Below are positions 1 through 14,246 of a stretch of 64,000 nt of DNA, piece by piece (the stretch's first letter is position 1; each line of letters starts with the position of its first letter). The stretch covers positions 643,825 through 707,824 of the forward strand of contig JAWQFM010000003.1 in assembly GCA_033442325.1 (NCBI GenBank), written 5' to 3'. The DNA is from Salpingoeca rosetta. Its lineage: Eukaryota > Protista > Choanoflagellata. A program made the translations under genes and the position numbers. Below the pieces are notes generated by a model. That model had not been told where the DNA came from. It saw nothing but the letters and a program-made list of their open reading frames with translations, and did not search any database.

Positions 1-42
<42 letters not shown>

Positions 43-47
43 ACAGA

Positions 48-83
<36 letters not shown>

Positions 84-109
84 CGTTTACAGCATGTGTG
101 GTTTCCAAC

Positions 110-1845
110 CTTTGACTTCTCAGCGTCGTGCTGCAAGCGGCGAAGCGACTTGAGGATGCGCACGGTGGTGTCTTGCGCAATGACGTGGCACGCATTGGTG
201 ATGAACAGGCTCTGGCGATAATAGGACAGCTCAATCGCCTGCAACATACGATCACATGTGGTGTGAGGAGATGGGGCGGATGACTTGAGCGAAACACACA
301 CACACACACACACACAATGTTCGCTGCTCTGCAATGGCAGCAGATGACACAGCGAGCCGGTGGGTTGGGCATGGGTGCACCAATTGAAATGCACATGTGT
401 CACACCTTGAGCAGTTCGACAATGCGGAAGAGAGCAGTGACGTGCGCCTTCTTAATGGGTTCGCCGAGCATCGTGTGCAAGTTGATGAACGTTGCCCCGA
501 GATGACGCAATCGGAACGCAAGCATGACGCCCTGCAGCCAACGCCAGTGGCAATCGAAGCGAGACACGCACACCACGACTGTGAATAGGCGACTTGGGAC
601 AGGAAAACGAATCAAAGAACAACAGCACCCAAACACACACACACACACACAAAAAAACCACAAACAGCCAGCCCACATGATTATCAGAGGGCACAACCGC
701 CACCACCACGGCAGCAATATCCTGCTCGCCCCATGTCACATTACCGCCAGCACGACCATCGCATGAGAGGCGGCTTACGCGTTCAATGTACTGGCGCTGC
801 GCCGCAAGCCGCTGACCGTCGCTCGCCTGCGGGCGGAATCCAGAGTCGAGCCCCGTCATCCACACGCACGTGTGCAGATACAGCGACTGCACTGTTGACG
901 AGAGTGTGGCGTCCATGTGTGTCATAAACGCGCGGCGCATCGCTTCCTCATTCAGCGTCTGCTTGGAGCGAGCGAGCGAGTGAGTGAGTGAGCGTGAGTG
1001 AGTGAGTGAGTGAGTGAGTGAGTGAGTGAGTGAGTGAGTGAGCGCGAGTGAGTGAGTGAGGGAGTGTGGAAGCAGTACACGGGCAAACGTGGGAAATCAG
1101 GGCATGAAAGGCAGAGGGGTGACCAGGGTACAGACCTTCTTGTCAAGAAAGGCCTGGATGGCGGGCAGCTTGCGCAGGAGGAAGTCGCCGGGCGCAATGG
1201 TGATGGTGCCAAAGACGTGCACGGCTGGGACGCGCTTGTTGATGGCCCACATCTGGCGCACGAGCCGCTTGTCCACGCTGTGGAAGACAGACGCAAACAG
1301 CGTCATCTGGCAGCAGAAGCCGAGGTAGTGCATGCGGTGAAACTTCTCCTTGGACGTCCCAAGCACTTGGTCTGTAGCGGCGTGCGTGTGCGCGAGTGAG
1401 TGGGTGGGCGAGTGAGTGAGCGAGCACGTGTTGATGTGAATGAGGGATTGTGCATCAATATGGAACGTGAGTGGATTGTGTTTGCACTCTGTGGCGCAAG
1501 TTCGCAGCCCACAAAGCGCAAAAGCGCCGCCATTTACCACGACCACCGCGACCACCGCTGTTCAGCGTACCGAGCTCGTGGAGTTGGGTGCTGAGGCTGT
1601 GTTCAAAGTGGGCCTTGAACATGGCGTTGCCGCTGACCTTCACGGTCATGTCATCAAAGGGCTGGTCGATGCAGTTCTGGAACAACATGTTCTCAAACAA
1701 CTGGCCCTTTAGCTTCGAAAACAGGCGCTCAAACGGCTAAACACCGCGCGTTGTGTGTGTGTGTGTGTGTGTGTGGCGTGTGTTGTGGATGTGTGATGTG
1801 AAATGTGAGGGTGAAGTGTGGAGAGGATAAGGTTGGTGATGTCGC

Positions 1846-1892
<47 letters not shown>

Positions 1893-3130
1893 CACACACA
1901 CACAGCCACATACACACAGACACCCACCCACACAGACATAGACCCCCCCCCACATCTCCACATGCGTACCAGGAGCTGGTCCTTTGTGAGGGTGAAGAGT
2001 TCAGGCTTTGCGTGGACCGTGCGCAGCATACGGCGGTACTGGTCAAGGTGGTCGTTGAGTACGGCGTTCTCGGAGATGATCTCATCAAGCATGACGAGGG
2101 AGAGGAGGGCCTGCCCAAGGTGCTTGAACACGGGGTCGAGGCTCACGTGCTTCATGTCCATGCTCTGCTGGTGCTGCGGACTGTAGATCATGGCCAGCTG
2201 CTGCACGCCGTTCTTGACGACCTGCGTGATGCGGTCAACATACACGGAGATGCGCTGCAGCAGCGGGATCATGCGCCCAAACAGCAGCTGCAGGTCGCCC
2301 TCCTGCAGCGGGGTGTGCACGCACGAGTGGCCGTACAAGTGCAGCGGGGCATAGTAGTCGCGGGCGCCTTCCTCGTGCAGCATGCGCAGCTCATTGCACA
2401 GCGTCACAAACACGGCCATCACTTTGCTCAGCACCTATGTGTTGTCGTGAAAGAGCGCAAAAGCAGTGTGACAATGGGTGCAGGGTGATGTAAGGTGCGT
2501 GTGTGTTGGGTGAGAGGGGGGGGGGGTGGTGGGGCAAGGAGTTGTGGCATTGCATGTGGAACGAAGGACAGGGAGGAGGGAAAAAAGCATTGGGGTTGGT
2601 TGGTTGGTTGGTTGGAAGGGTGGTTGGATGGTGCGATCAAGGCATGCGGGCAGGGGGATGTTGCTTGGCAAAGGGGTTGACAGCGCACCTTGTTGTCTGT
2701 GCTGACCAGCTCCAGCACAGATGTGCTTTCGTGTGGTCCAAGCTGTTGGAAGTGGAAGCGGAAGCGGATGAAAGGCGGATGGAGGGTTGGGTGTGTTGGG
2801 TGTGTGTGGGTGGTGGAGGGTGGGATGAGAGTGTCGGTGAGTTGTGTACAAAGAGGGCGTGGAGCATGCTCAGGGGTGGCAGGGTGCAACGCATCAAACA
2901 GAGTTCACATTCACGACATGCACGCGCACAAGAACACACTCACACACCAACATCAACGAGCACACACTCATACATATAGAAGGACAGACAAGCAGACAGA
3001 CAAGAGAGGCAGGCCGACAGAAGACGGACGGGCTCATAGAGACAGGACACTAAACACACAAAATGAAACACAGCCACACAATCACACCCACACCCACACA
3101 GACACTCACACACAGACAGACAGACATGCA

Positions 3131-3166
<36 letters not shown>

Positions 3167-3746
3167 CACAGATACAGACACACACACAGACACTCACACA
3201 CAGACACACACGGACACAGATACAGACACACACACAGATACAGACACACACACACAGACAGACAGACATGCAGACACACGTACGTCGAGGGAGACGGGGT
3301 TCTTGAAAAAGTCCCAGTGGGCGCCGAGGGATTCGTCCAGGGCATCTTCCACGTCCAACAGTTGGCGTGCATGGCCTGCGAGGAAGGACCGAAACTCCGA
3401 CACCTGCTTGTTCTTCAAGCGCTCTGTTGTTTTGGTTGGGTGCAATCGGGATGACACATATGTTTGTGAGGTGTGGGGATCAGCCGCTAACCAGCCAAGG
3501 ACAGCAAGCAAAGCAAGCAAAAGCAAGCAAAAGCAAGCAAAAGCAAGCAAAGCAAGCAAAGCAAGCAAAGCAAGCGAAGCAACCACACACGCACACGCAC
3601 ACACACACGCACACACACACACACACGCACACACACACATACAAACACGCACGCACACACATACAAACACACACACACACAAACTCACTCTTGGCTGCAT
3701 CGTCAAAGGCCTCAAACTCCCATCCGCTGTCGTCGAGGCTGGTCAT
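110..3746 (-). CDS. WASHC4: WASH complex subunit 4 (SWIP/KIAA1033), multi-exon; the 3' part continues beyond the left edge
   Basis: ATG at 3746 (MTSLDDSGWEFEAFDDAAK). Spliced exons read QLLDVEDALDESLGAHWDF, LELVSTDNK|VLSKVMAVFVTLCNE, EGDLQLLFGRMIPLLQ, LVMLDEIISEN, PFERLFSKLKGQLFENMLFQNCIDQPFD, ALFRIVELLK and AIELSYYRQS. These are collinear with the animal WASHC4 N-terminus as I recall it. Boundaries are GT-AG. The last visible exon is 238-110. Confidence 0.9.
3503..3580. repeat. (GCAAAGCAA)-type tandem repeat in WASHC4 intron 1
   Basis: Degenerate 9-10-nt units gcaagcaaa/gcaagcaaaa are directly visible. Confidence 0.85.
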
Positions 3747-5582
3747 GGTGAGAGCGCTCTCGCTCACAAGTCACCACTCACTCTTTCCTCTGCAAGCACA
3801 CACCACACACCACTGCTTGTTGCTTGTTTGTCTTCTGCTCTCCTCCAACCAGCCAACTCGGCGATCTCCCCTTATTTCTGCTTGTCGCTGTCGTGGCGTG
3901 GATGATTGCTGACTCAGCAAGAAAACGAAACGGCTGGCAGCAGCAGACACCACAAAAGGCACGCACAGGCACCAGGCTCAGTTGATAATTTGCTGAAAAT
4001 TTCGCACATTTATCGATGTTTGGGTTTTGGATGTGCGAGGCGAAGCGAAGGTGGCGAAAGTGTGGAAGTCCAAGTGGGACATGAGCATTCTTGCCCGGTT
4101 TCGATGCACCGACTGCGCAGGTTCGTTTCGCTTGCTTGCTTGCTGGCTGGTCAGGCAACGTGCACTCACTTTCTGTCTGTTTGTCCAAGCACAGCAACGC
4201 AGCCAGTTGACGTTGTGACGTATCTCGCTGCTCTTGTTGTGCTTGTGTGAGTGTTTTGGTTGGGATCGCCTTCTTCCTCCTTCGTTTGTGCCCCTTTGCG
4301 TTGTCGTTGGGTCGTTGTGCATGAGCAACCAAGCAAAAGACACACAAGAAGCACAAGAAGCGCCTCGCTCGCACACACTTGTTTTCGTCTTTCCTCTTCC
4401 CCCTCTCTGCCTCTTTTGCTGCGCATACATCTTCCCTCTTTTGTGCTCTTGCGCTGCCTTCTTTCCTTCTTGCTTCTTGCTTGCCTTCCTTCTCGCATTC
4501 CGGGTTGCACAAACGCACACAACAGCAACAACTTGCGCCCATCCGCGCACATGCAGCCACCAGCCCTCAAATAGCTCGGCTTCTCCTCTCTCTTTTGCTC
4601 TCTCACTCTCACTCGTTCTCTCATACGCACAGTCCACCCAACCCCACACGCACCCCAAACTATTGCATTGCAGCTTCCCACAAGCACACACACGCACACA
4701 CCAACCAGCCAGCAGAGCCAACAGCTGTGCTGCGAAGACAACCAGCTCGCTCGCTCGCCTGTGATCGCCGTGTGCTGGTTGCGGTGCCATCTGCCCCTTT
4801 GACCGTTTTCATTGGCTGCCTCGAAGCACATTCCGATTTGGTGAGTGTGGGTGTGTAGAAAGAAGGAGGACGAATGTGTTTGTTTGCCTGTACGCGGACG
4901 TTACATGGAGGTGTGCAGTATGTGTGCATGAATGCGTGCGTGTGTGCGTGTGCATGACTCTATTCGTATCCGCACCACCACGCATTGCATGCATCTCTGC
5001 CGTGCGTTCGTTCCTCCCTGCTGCTCTCTGTTTCCTCTCTGTTGCTCTGTTTTTCTTCTTCTCTCCTCTCTCCTCTCCTCTCTCTCGACCTGCCACACAC
5101 GCAGGGTTGTGTGTGCAACCAACTATTCAAGCCAACCCACACAGCCACACACACCACGCGCACAACGTCGTTGGGTGCATTGCGTGATCCTACCTTGTGT
5201 GTTTGCGTGTGTGTCACTTCATCCCCACACACACACATACATCGAGCGTCATCACGCTCATGCACAAGCTCAGCCTGCTGACCTTTCTGTTCTTCCTGTC
5301 TCTTCTTCTTCTTCTGTTTCTTCCTTGGCGTGTGACTTATCCCTTTGCAACACATGTGTCACACTTTGACTTTCGTCATTCAAACAAACCAACAAACAAC
5401 ACCATCACCATCATCAACACCACCACCACCAGCATCAACTCCAACACCAACACACGCACTACCTTGCATCGGCACCAGCTCCCTCCCCTTCTCCCCCAAA
5501 ACACCCCATTGACATTTCCCCCCTTCCTCCCCCCCCCCCCCAACTCTCTCTTCCGTCTTCCCTTGTTCTTCAAGCACTCGCT

Positions 5583-5652
<70 letters not shown>

Positions 5653-6214
5653 CACACACTCGCTCACCGTCGTCAACCCTTGCTCCGCGTCCTTGTCTCC
5701 CTCCCCCCCCTCTTTTCTCTCGCCTTTATTGTGCGCGCGGATGTTGCGATACACCACAACCGCCACCGTGTCGTCCCACAGGTCGCCAGATCCCCTTTGT
5801 GGCCACGCACACGCCGCCACCACAGCCACACCACCACCAGCGCGAGGAACAACCCTCTCCTCGCCTGTCACACCGGCACCCAGAACCGGCCAAGACCACC
5901 AACAAGACCACCAACAAGACCATTACTTTGAAGGCCACAGCCACGCCGACAACAGCCACAGCCACGACCAGCACCACAACCACCAAGCCTGGCGAGGGTG
6001 TTTGCATGAGGAGCGCCACTGCGAGCGCGTGAATCAGTGCGCCCCGCACACGGCTGTCCCCGTCTCCACATCACCGACCACATTATCTGTACCGTCGTGC
6101 AAACAGAAACGGCACACCCTCCACTCGCTCCACGCCATCCACACGCAGCCAACCGGCAGCAACGGCAACCCGGCCCGCCACAACTCATCCAACAAACCAC
6201 ACAACCACCGCGCC

Positions 6215-7224
6215 ATGCTGGGCCAGAACAACGGCGGCGGCACTGCCCCCGCCACCCCACAGGGCTTTGTCGGCATGTACGACTTTCTCGGCAACCTGGG
6301 CAAGGGCCACTTCGCCGTGGTGAAGCTTGCGCAGCACGTGCTCTCCAAGCAGCGCGTGGCCGTCAAGGTGATTGAGAAGGGCAAGCTCAAGCCCGACGAG
6401 GAGGCGCACATGCAGCACGAGATCCAGGTGATGAAGCTGCTGCGCCACCCGCACGTCATCCGCCTGTACCAGGTCTGCAACACCAACTCGCGCATCTACC
6501 TCATTCTCGAGCTTGGCGATGGCGGCGACCTGTACGAGCGCATCAAGAAGTCCGGCGCCTTTCCCGAAGAAAAGGCCCGCCGCTTCTTCCGCCAGATTGC
6601 AGAGGCCGTCTCATATTGCCACAAAAACCACGTCGCCCACCGCGACCTCAAGCCAGAGAACGTCGTCTTTCGCACAAACAAACACGGCGATGAAGTCGCA
6701 AAGGTCAGATAGGCAGCACACGCGTTGGGGGTGGGAATGTGTGTGTGTGTGTTGAGGGGGGGGGGGGTGATGTATGTAGAACAAACACTGCTTTGTTCTG
6801 GGTGTTCTGGGTTTGTTGTTAGGTTGCTTGCTTGTTTGCTTGCTTGCTTCCCTGTTGCATTCTTGTTGCATCCCTGTTGCTTCCTGGCTTGTTTTTGTAC
6901 CTGTGCACTCCGCTCATCATCAGCGCTTGTGGGTGGTGCAGGTGACTGACTTTGGCCTGAGCAACAGCTTCTCCCCCGGCGAGAAGCTCAAGACCGCGTG
7001 CGGGTCTGTCAGCTATTCCAGCCCAGAGATCCTCCTTGGAGAGCCGTACGACGGCCCGCTCGCAGACATGTGGAGCCTCGGTGCGTGGCGTGCGTGCCCT
7101 TGTTGGCCTAGGTTGTTTGTCTGAGTGGGGTTGTCTGTTTGTCTGAGTTTTGTTATTTGTTTGCCTGTATGTATGTTTGTTTCTTGCGTTGGTTGATCGT
7201 GTATTGAAGGTGGACCACACACAC

Positions 7225-7288
<64 letters not shown>

Positions 7289-10200
7289 TGAGCCTTTCAC
7301 CCTTCTTCACTACATCTTCTGTTGCTCACGGCCCCCCGTTCTTTGTGTTCACAATTATTTCGCATTCTGTGCAGGCGTGATCTTGTACATGATGCTGACC
7401 GGGGAGCTGCCGTTCCAGGGCCACGACGACTACACCACCGTGATGAAGATCATGGACACGTCATACAAGCAGCCCGAGGGCGTCAGCGAGCAAGGCCTCG
7501 ACCTCCTCTCAAAGCTGCTCAGCAAAGAGTGCGAAGACCGCATCAGCATGGACAGCGTGCTCAAGCACCAGTGGCTCGCCGGAAACAAGGACCGCGCCGC
7601 CGCCACAGCGTCCACAGCAGAGACAGAGCCCGGGACCGGCCGCCCCAAGCTCACGCCGGACGAACACGAGCGCATCATGCGCATCATGGAGGAAGCCGGC
7701 ATTGCGCGCGACGCCATTGCGTCAAGCATCAGCGCCAACTCGTACGATTACATTGCGTCGACGTACTTTCTGCTCGCCGACAAGGAGGTGCGGCGGCGGG
7801 CGCGGGGCCAGGCGAAGAAGAAGTCCATGGATCAGGCAGCGCGCGACTCGGCAAAGAAGGACGAGACCGTTCGCCTCCGCCGCGCAATGACGCTCAGAGC
7901 ATCCCCAACGGTGAGCCTGACACGCTGCAACATGCACCCGTGTTTTGATCATCACCGCTCAAAGCAAGCATGCGCACACATCCAACACACGCATACATGC
8001 ACGCACCCACTCACTGTCTCTCTCACTCTCACTCACTGTCTCTCACCCTCACCCCCTCCCCCTCCCCCCCCAAATCACTTCACCCACCATTCAACCCCCC
8101 CCCCCCTCTATCCATCCCCATCCCCCCTCAAAAACAACAAAACAACAAACACACAGCACCGCCGCAAGAACCAGGGCAAGCCGCCGCGTCTTGGCACCAA
8201 GGCCGTGCCGCGCCGCCCGCGTGCCCGCCCAGAGCCCCTGCCAGACTACCTGCGCGATCCGGAGCCCTGCTCCTCCGGCGATGAGGACGGTGCCACAACG
8301 CCCAAGAGCGCATGCCTCGTCACCCGCCGTGTGCACACCACCTCCGAGCGCAGCGTGCCCCGCACCTACCTGGACCTGGACTCTGCCAGCAACAGCAGCA
8401 GCAGCGTGTCGCCAAAGCGCGGCTCGCACGAAACAGTCTCTGCCACCCACGCGGGGGCGCCGTCGTTTGACTTCTCCACCCCGCAGCGCCCTACAACCGC
8501 CAGTCCCGGGCTGCGCCGGGCCGTGCCGCGCGTCGAGGCGTGCCCACCCAGCTCCGGCGATGAGGATGACGCCGACAGCAGGCGCACCAGCGCAGGCTTC
8601 CGCTACCGTGACAACGACGCTGACGATGACATGGATGACGACGAGGATGGCATGTCCACGCCCGACAGGCGCGGTGTGCCCCCGCACATGCAGCACCAGC
8701 AGACGGGCTCGCTCAAGCACCCGCGCAAGCGCGATTCCCGACGCGTCAGCTCCACCTTCCACGACTCGTATGGCCTGTCGCCGCGCTACTCAGCGTCGTG
8801 CCGCTTCAACCTGCCCATGTACATGGACGGCAGCGACTCGCCGCTGCACAAGTCCGTGTCGTCGAGCACGCTCAACACCTCGTCCCAGCGCACGTCCATC
8901 GCCTCTGTGGAGAGCGGTGACACCTCACGCAAGTCGTCGTACGGCCTGGACGACATGGACATGATGCGCACAAAGTCCACCACGCCAAAGTTCTTCCTGT
9001 GCGAGGAGGACGAGGACGAGGCGGAGGACCTTGAGCTGCGCGATGGCCGCGTGTACACGGGCGGGGACGCGCGCCGCACTGCGCTCTCGCCCCAGCTCGG
9101 CCGGCACCACAACAGCAGCACGCCCTCGCGGGGAACGCGGCGGCCACACCCGCTGCAGCGGCTGGAGTCGCGTGAGGAGCTCCTGCCGCGCCACAACTCG
9201 GAGAGCGGGCTGCTGCAGATGCGCACCAAGAGCATGCGCTCAATTGCCGAGGACAGCACACTCAACTTTGACGAAGAGGATGAGGAGGACCTTGATGAAG
9301 CTGACGAGATGGCTGCGATGGAGGTGGAGGCCGACGCCGGATACGGCGTGCGCGGCACTGACGACGAAGATGATGGCGATGGCGATGATGAGGGCGGATT
9401 TGGGTTTGGTGATGATGACATCAACGACACGGATGTGCAGCGGCTCAGGGCGTCCACCCTGCCCATTCTCGACCTTGGTCCAGAGCATGAGCCACACAGC
9501 AACACCAGCAGCCCCCTGCACACCGTGTCGGGCGTATCACGCGGTGCAACCACTGTGGACGCCGACGGCAGCTTCACATCTCCCGCCACTGCCACTGCAA
9601 CCGGTGTTCACAAGCACATCGACGGTGGCCAACACCACCACAATCACCACCAGCAGTGGCCGCATATGCAGCAGCCAGCCACGGGCACACTGTCGCCAAT
9701 TCCCCGGCGCGATGGGCTTGAGCGTGGCTCGCTGTCGCTGCGCGTGCTGAAGCGCGAGTCTGCGTCGTCGTCGTGCGCGACCATCAGGGCGGCGTCCGGC
9801 ATGAACTCGCCCGACGTCGGCGGCACGAGCGAGGACGAGCGCGACGAGCCCGTGATGATGCGCGGCGCCAGCGACAGCAGCATCGACGACTACGACAACG
9901 TGCGCCGCAAGTTCTCTGGCATGGAGGTTGGCGGCGAGACGATGGCGGACCAGGATGACGACCAGAACCAGTGGAGGGGCGATGTGCACGATGACACGAG
10001 CGCACCCACCGCAGCCAACAGCAGCGGTAAACCTGACGATGCCGCCGCAAATGATCACCATTGCCAAGACCGTGACCAAGGCAACAACAGCAGTGACGAT
10101 GGTGATGGCGATGATGACGAGGAGGATGGTGCTGAGGATGAAGGCCGGCTTGGGGAGCTGTCTGTGCCATACGGGCGACACGCGTTCTTTGGCATGCGCG

Positions 10201-10628
10201 CTGCATCTGTTGCGTGCGACATGAACACGAGCCGGTACGCTGGCAAGGAGTGTAATGTGATCATGGAGGAAGAAGAAGAGGAGGAGGAAGAAGAGGATGA
10301 AGGCGAGGGCGAGGCTGAATCGCGTGATATTCTCTGCGAGAGCTTGCCTGCTGCTGCGCACCGCCGCCTGGCGCAGGCGTACGCGCGAGCCGACACGCAG
10401 GCACTCACACCGCCAGCGGTGGGCCATGGTACCGCGACCACGCCCGCGCTGCCTGGTCACCCTCCGCCACCGGCTCCATCCTCGAAACAACAACTCCACT
10501 CCCACCATCACCATCACCACCACCCACACCATGTCGGGAGCGAGAGCGGACACCACTCGTCTGAAGACGACAGTGCCGCGTCTCCCCGCACGTCGCGCTC
10601 ACAGCTGCAGATTGCAGTCAACAACTAA
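6215..10628 (+). CDS. SNRK: SNF-related (AMPK-family) Ser/Thr kinase with a UBA-like segment and a long disordered tail; exons 6215-6703, 6942-7080, 7375-7910, 8157-10628
   Basis: Motifs LGKGHFAVVKLAQHV, VAVKVIEK, YLILELGDGGDL, HRDLKPENVVF, VTDFGLSN, KLKTACGSVSYSSPEILLG and DMWSLG, plus the UBA-like EHERIMRIM...YDYIASTYFLLADK. GHFAVVKLA, LELGDGGD and TYFLLA are SNRK-typical. The T-loop LxT (LKB1-type site) is present. Confidence 0.9.
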
Positions 10629-11855
10629 TGGCGCCCGAAACGAATCGGGCTGCTTACCATCTTTGAAATTTCACCTTAATTCACATAACCTTTTTCACTC
10701 AACAAGGTCTCCTCTGCTCTCCCATTATTGGTCTTTCGTAGTGTTCGCACACGGGTTGATGCTTGAGAGTGGTGGCTGTGCCGTTTAGTCTTCTTGTCCA
10801 TTTTACATTTGAGTTGTGTGTGTGTGTGTGTTTTATGTTGTTGTTGATGTGTTGTTGTTGATGTTCTTACACTAATTCATCATCTGCGTGTTGGTGATGA
10901 TCCCTGTACTATTCTGGTTGGTGTATGATGTGATGTGGTGGCACTTTATGCAAGCCCTGTACTAAGCATGAGTGCGTGCGGATGGATGTGTTCCTATTTG
11001 AAGCCGTCGAGGGCGACTTGATTGTTGGTTTGTCCATTTTTACGAATTGCGCTGTGGTGTGTTTGGAAGGACATTGTTGTTCCAGCACACACGCACGCTC
11101 TTCTCCAGCCGCTGTCTGTGTTTTGTGCTGTGCAATTGATCGATTGGCTGGGGAAAAGGCTGTTAGCTACCACTTGAATTGTCGTCACTCTTGAACTCGT
11201 TGTTGTCTCCTGTTATTGGCTCTTGGCACACACACGCGCGCGCACGCCTTTGCTCGCTTGTTCTTCGCCCCCCCCCCCCGTGGCGCAGCGTGTGTTTGAA
11301 CTGTACATATCCCCCTCCCCATGTTGTTGGTCCAGCCAGCCTTTTAGTTGTTGGTTGATAAGGAAGGGTCAACAGTGCACCCCGACTTGTGTGTTGCTCG
11401 TTTGTCTTGGCCTTATTTCTCGCGCTCGCTCCTTCCAAGCTGTGGTTTTCGATTGATTTTAACTGCACCACCAAGGCTGGCTTCCCGTCTTCAGTTTATG
11501 TTGCTCGTCTCGTGCTCCGTGGTTATGTTGGCGTGCGTTTGTTGCCCCCCCCCTCCTGTAGTGTGACCTAACTGCTTTCTGCGTTGTAGGGATTGGCAGC
11601 TGTGTGGCTGTGATCTCTGACAACTTCCAATGCGTTTGTTGTGTGTGTGCGTGCGTGTGTGTGCTCTGAATGTGGCTCTAATTGGCAACTTTTGTTAGCA
11701 TCTTGTTCCTACGACTGCTTGTTGACTTGATGGATGTGTGAACGCACAAAACACGTGCGGGCTTTACTGTCTTTGCACACAACGCTGCACGTTGTGACAT
11801 GACGTTTTTCAACTCTCAATTCATCAATTAAAACACAAGCATGAAGCAACCAAGT

Positions 11856-11998
<143 letters not shown>

Positions 11999-12045
11999 TG
12001 CGCCGCAACAGCATGTTGTGCGTTTCCCTCTTTTGTTGCGGCCAC

Positions 12046-14176
12046 CTATGCGGACGATGAGGACTGCTGGTGCGACGGAAAGAGTGACGTCTTTGACGTG
12101 ACGGCAGTGACAGATCCAACGGACGCATATCGCATCGGGTTGCCCGCCCTGGTTCACGTGTGTGTATGTGTGTGTATGGGTGTGAACAAACAAGCGCGGT
12201 TGAGCTGTCATATGTGTGTGTGTATGAATGAATGACTGCGTTGGCTGCAGACGGTTGCAGATGGCTGGGTGACGCCATGAACGTACTGGAACGGGGAGAA
12301 CGGTTGGTGCTGCTGTTTTGCTCCGTGCGCCTTTGGTGGCTTCTCCAAGACAAGCGATGCCTGGCGTGCGGTACATCACACGAGAGTCCGTTTGCAGGAT
12401 GAGCGGTCGCATGCGCATCGATGAAACAGGGCGGGAGATGCAAGGGGTTAGGGAGAGACGGAGGAGGGCAACAGGGAGAGAGGGAATCAAGAGAGGGGAT
12501 GGAGAACGACAGAGGCAGACACAGACACACAGACACAGAACACGCACAGACACGCACAGACACACACAGACACACAGACACACAGACACACACACAGACA
12601 CAGACACAGACACAGACACACAGACACAGAACACACACAGACACACAGACACACAGACACACACACAGACACACACACACACACACAGCACGCATGTACG
12701 TTTGATCGATGAACGAGGACAAAGACGAGGGCTACGACAAGCAGCACGCCAATGACCGATCCAAAGAACACGCCGACGCCTTGGCCAACCGTGTACCCAG
12801 AACCCCCTTCATCCTGAACCGTTTCCGCCAAATCAGCAGACAGCGCATCTGCAGCAGCAGCAGCCATGCGAGCGCGCGAGTGTGAAAGTGAGTGAGTGAG
12901 CATCGTTGTGCGCACAGGTTCATCTGCAAGGGCGGAGCACAGAGAGCACGGTGCCCGTCGTTCCTTACCACGCCGGCTGCTGAAGACAAAGGATGCTGCA
13001 TCTGCGTGGAACAGCATCGACGTGCCGTCGCTGCGGCGTGTATTGAAGGCGCATGTTATGTTACACAGGTGAGTTGTGGCAGACATGACCACGTACATGT
13101 GTGCATAATGTGTGTGTGTGTGCATGTGCGTGTGCGTGTGTGCACAAGTGTGCGTGTGTGCACAAGTGTGTGTGTGCATGTGCGTGTGCGTGTGTGCACA
13201 AGTGTGTGTGTGTGCATGTGTGTGGGGTTGGTGAGCTTGATCCACGCACGTGCAAGCAAGCGAAGGTGCTGTGCTGGCGAAACGAGCGCCGTGGCCATAC
13301 CGTGTTTGATGGAAGATGAGAATGTCGCCAGTCTCCAGATCGGATTGAAGCGGCTGCGCATCATCCCGAGTGACATTGGACAGAATCACCAGCAGCACCT
13401 CGCGTTGCGGTTTCTCCACCGCAACGCCGGCGTTCTCAAGCGTCTGAACAGTGCACACGCAACATCAAACATACCACACACAGGAAACAGCGCACCAGCG
13501 TCACATCACACCTCGTTGAGCTGAACAGGCAAGGAAGGGAAGGGAAGAGAAGGGAAGAGAAGGGAAGAGAAGAGAAGGAAGCAGCCGTCGCCAAGTACAC
13601 TACATGGTCGCGCTGTTCGTACCGGGTACGTTGTTTGGATGTGTTGTGCGATGTCTTCCTGAAGCGGTACCAGCAGGGTCGCATCCTCGGCGCCGTACAC
13701 GGACCGAACCACAAACCGGGCAACTGAGGACGACGCGGTTGCAGTGCGCGGATGCATGTGGGCGTGAGTGGTGGTCGAGGGGAATGGGAGCAAAGGACAA
13801 AGGAGATAAAAAACGTAAATGGGATCACAGCATGACAATCGCAGGTGTGCACGAGCACACATGTGTACATGTCACACACACACACGAAGCGTGCGAAAAG
13901 AGACTCAGACATACACAGACAGAGACTCAGACACACAGAGACAGAGACTCAGACGCACACGCACACGCACACGCACACGCACACGCACACGCACACACAC
14001 ACACACACTCACACACACACACACTCACACTCACACACACTCACTCACACACACATACACACACAGTGCTCACATTGTCGTTGCTCATTCCCGTCTTCCC
14101 TCGCCAAAGTCGAGGAGGACATTAGCACAACAACAAACACGACTGCAAACAACACTCGCAGCACCATCATCATCAT
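12046..14176 (-). CDS. Uncharacterised type I single-pass membrane protein, about 247 aa; exons 14176-14074, 13723-13623, 13520-13512, 13443-13301, 13030-12969, 12848-12700, 12360-12287, 12148-12046
   Basis: Signal peptide [25 protein letters not shown] and TM helix [23 protein letters not shown]. All junctions are GT-AG and the exon phases sum to an open 744-nt frame. The last two exons and the 9-nt exon are less certain. Confidence 0.65.
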
Positions 14177-14246
14177 CGTTGTCCTTCTGCCGCGACAGCG
14201 ACACTCAAAAATACACAAGCACAGCACCAACAACACAGCACACACG

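Noticed and set aside
3780-6200. An extra gene between WASHC4 and SNRK
   Set aside because: Only low-complexity ORFs without coding-like codon bias. A GTGAGT at 4841 may mark a 5' UTR intron of SNRK but cannot be supported further.
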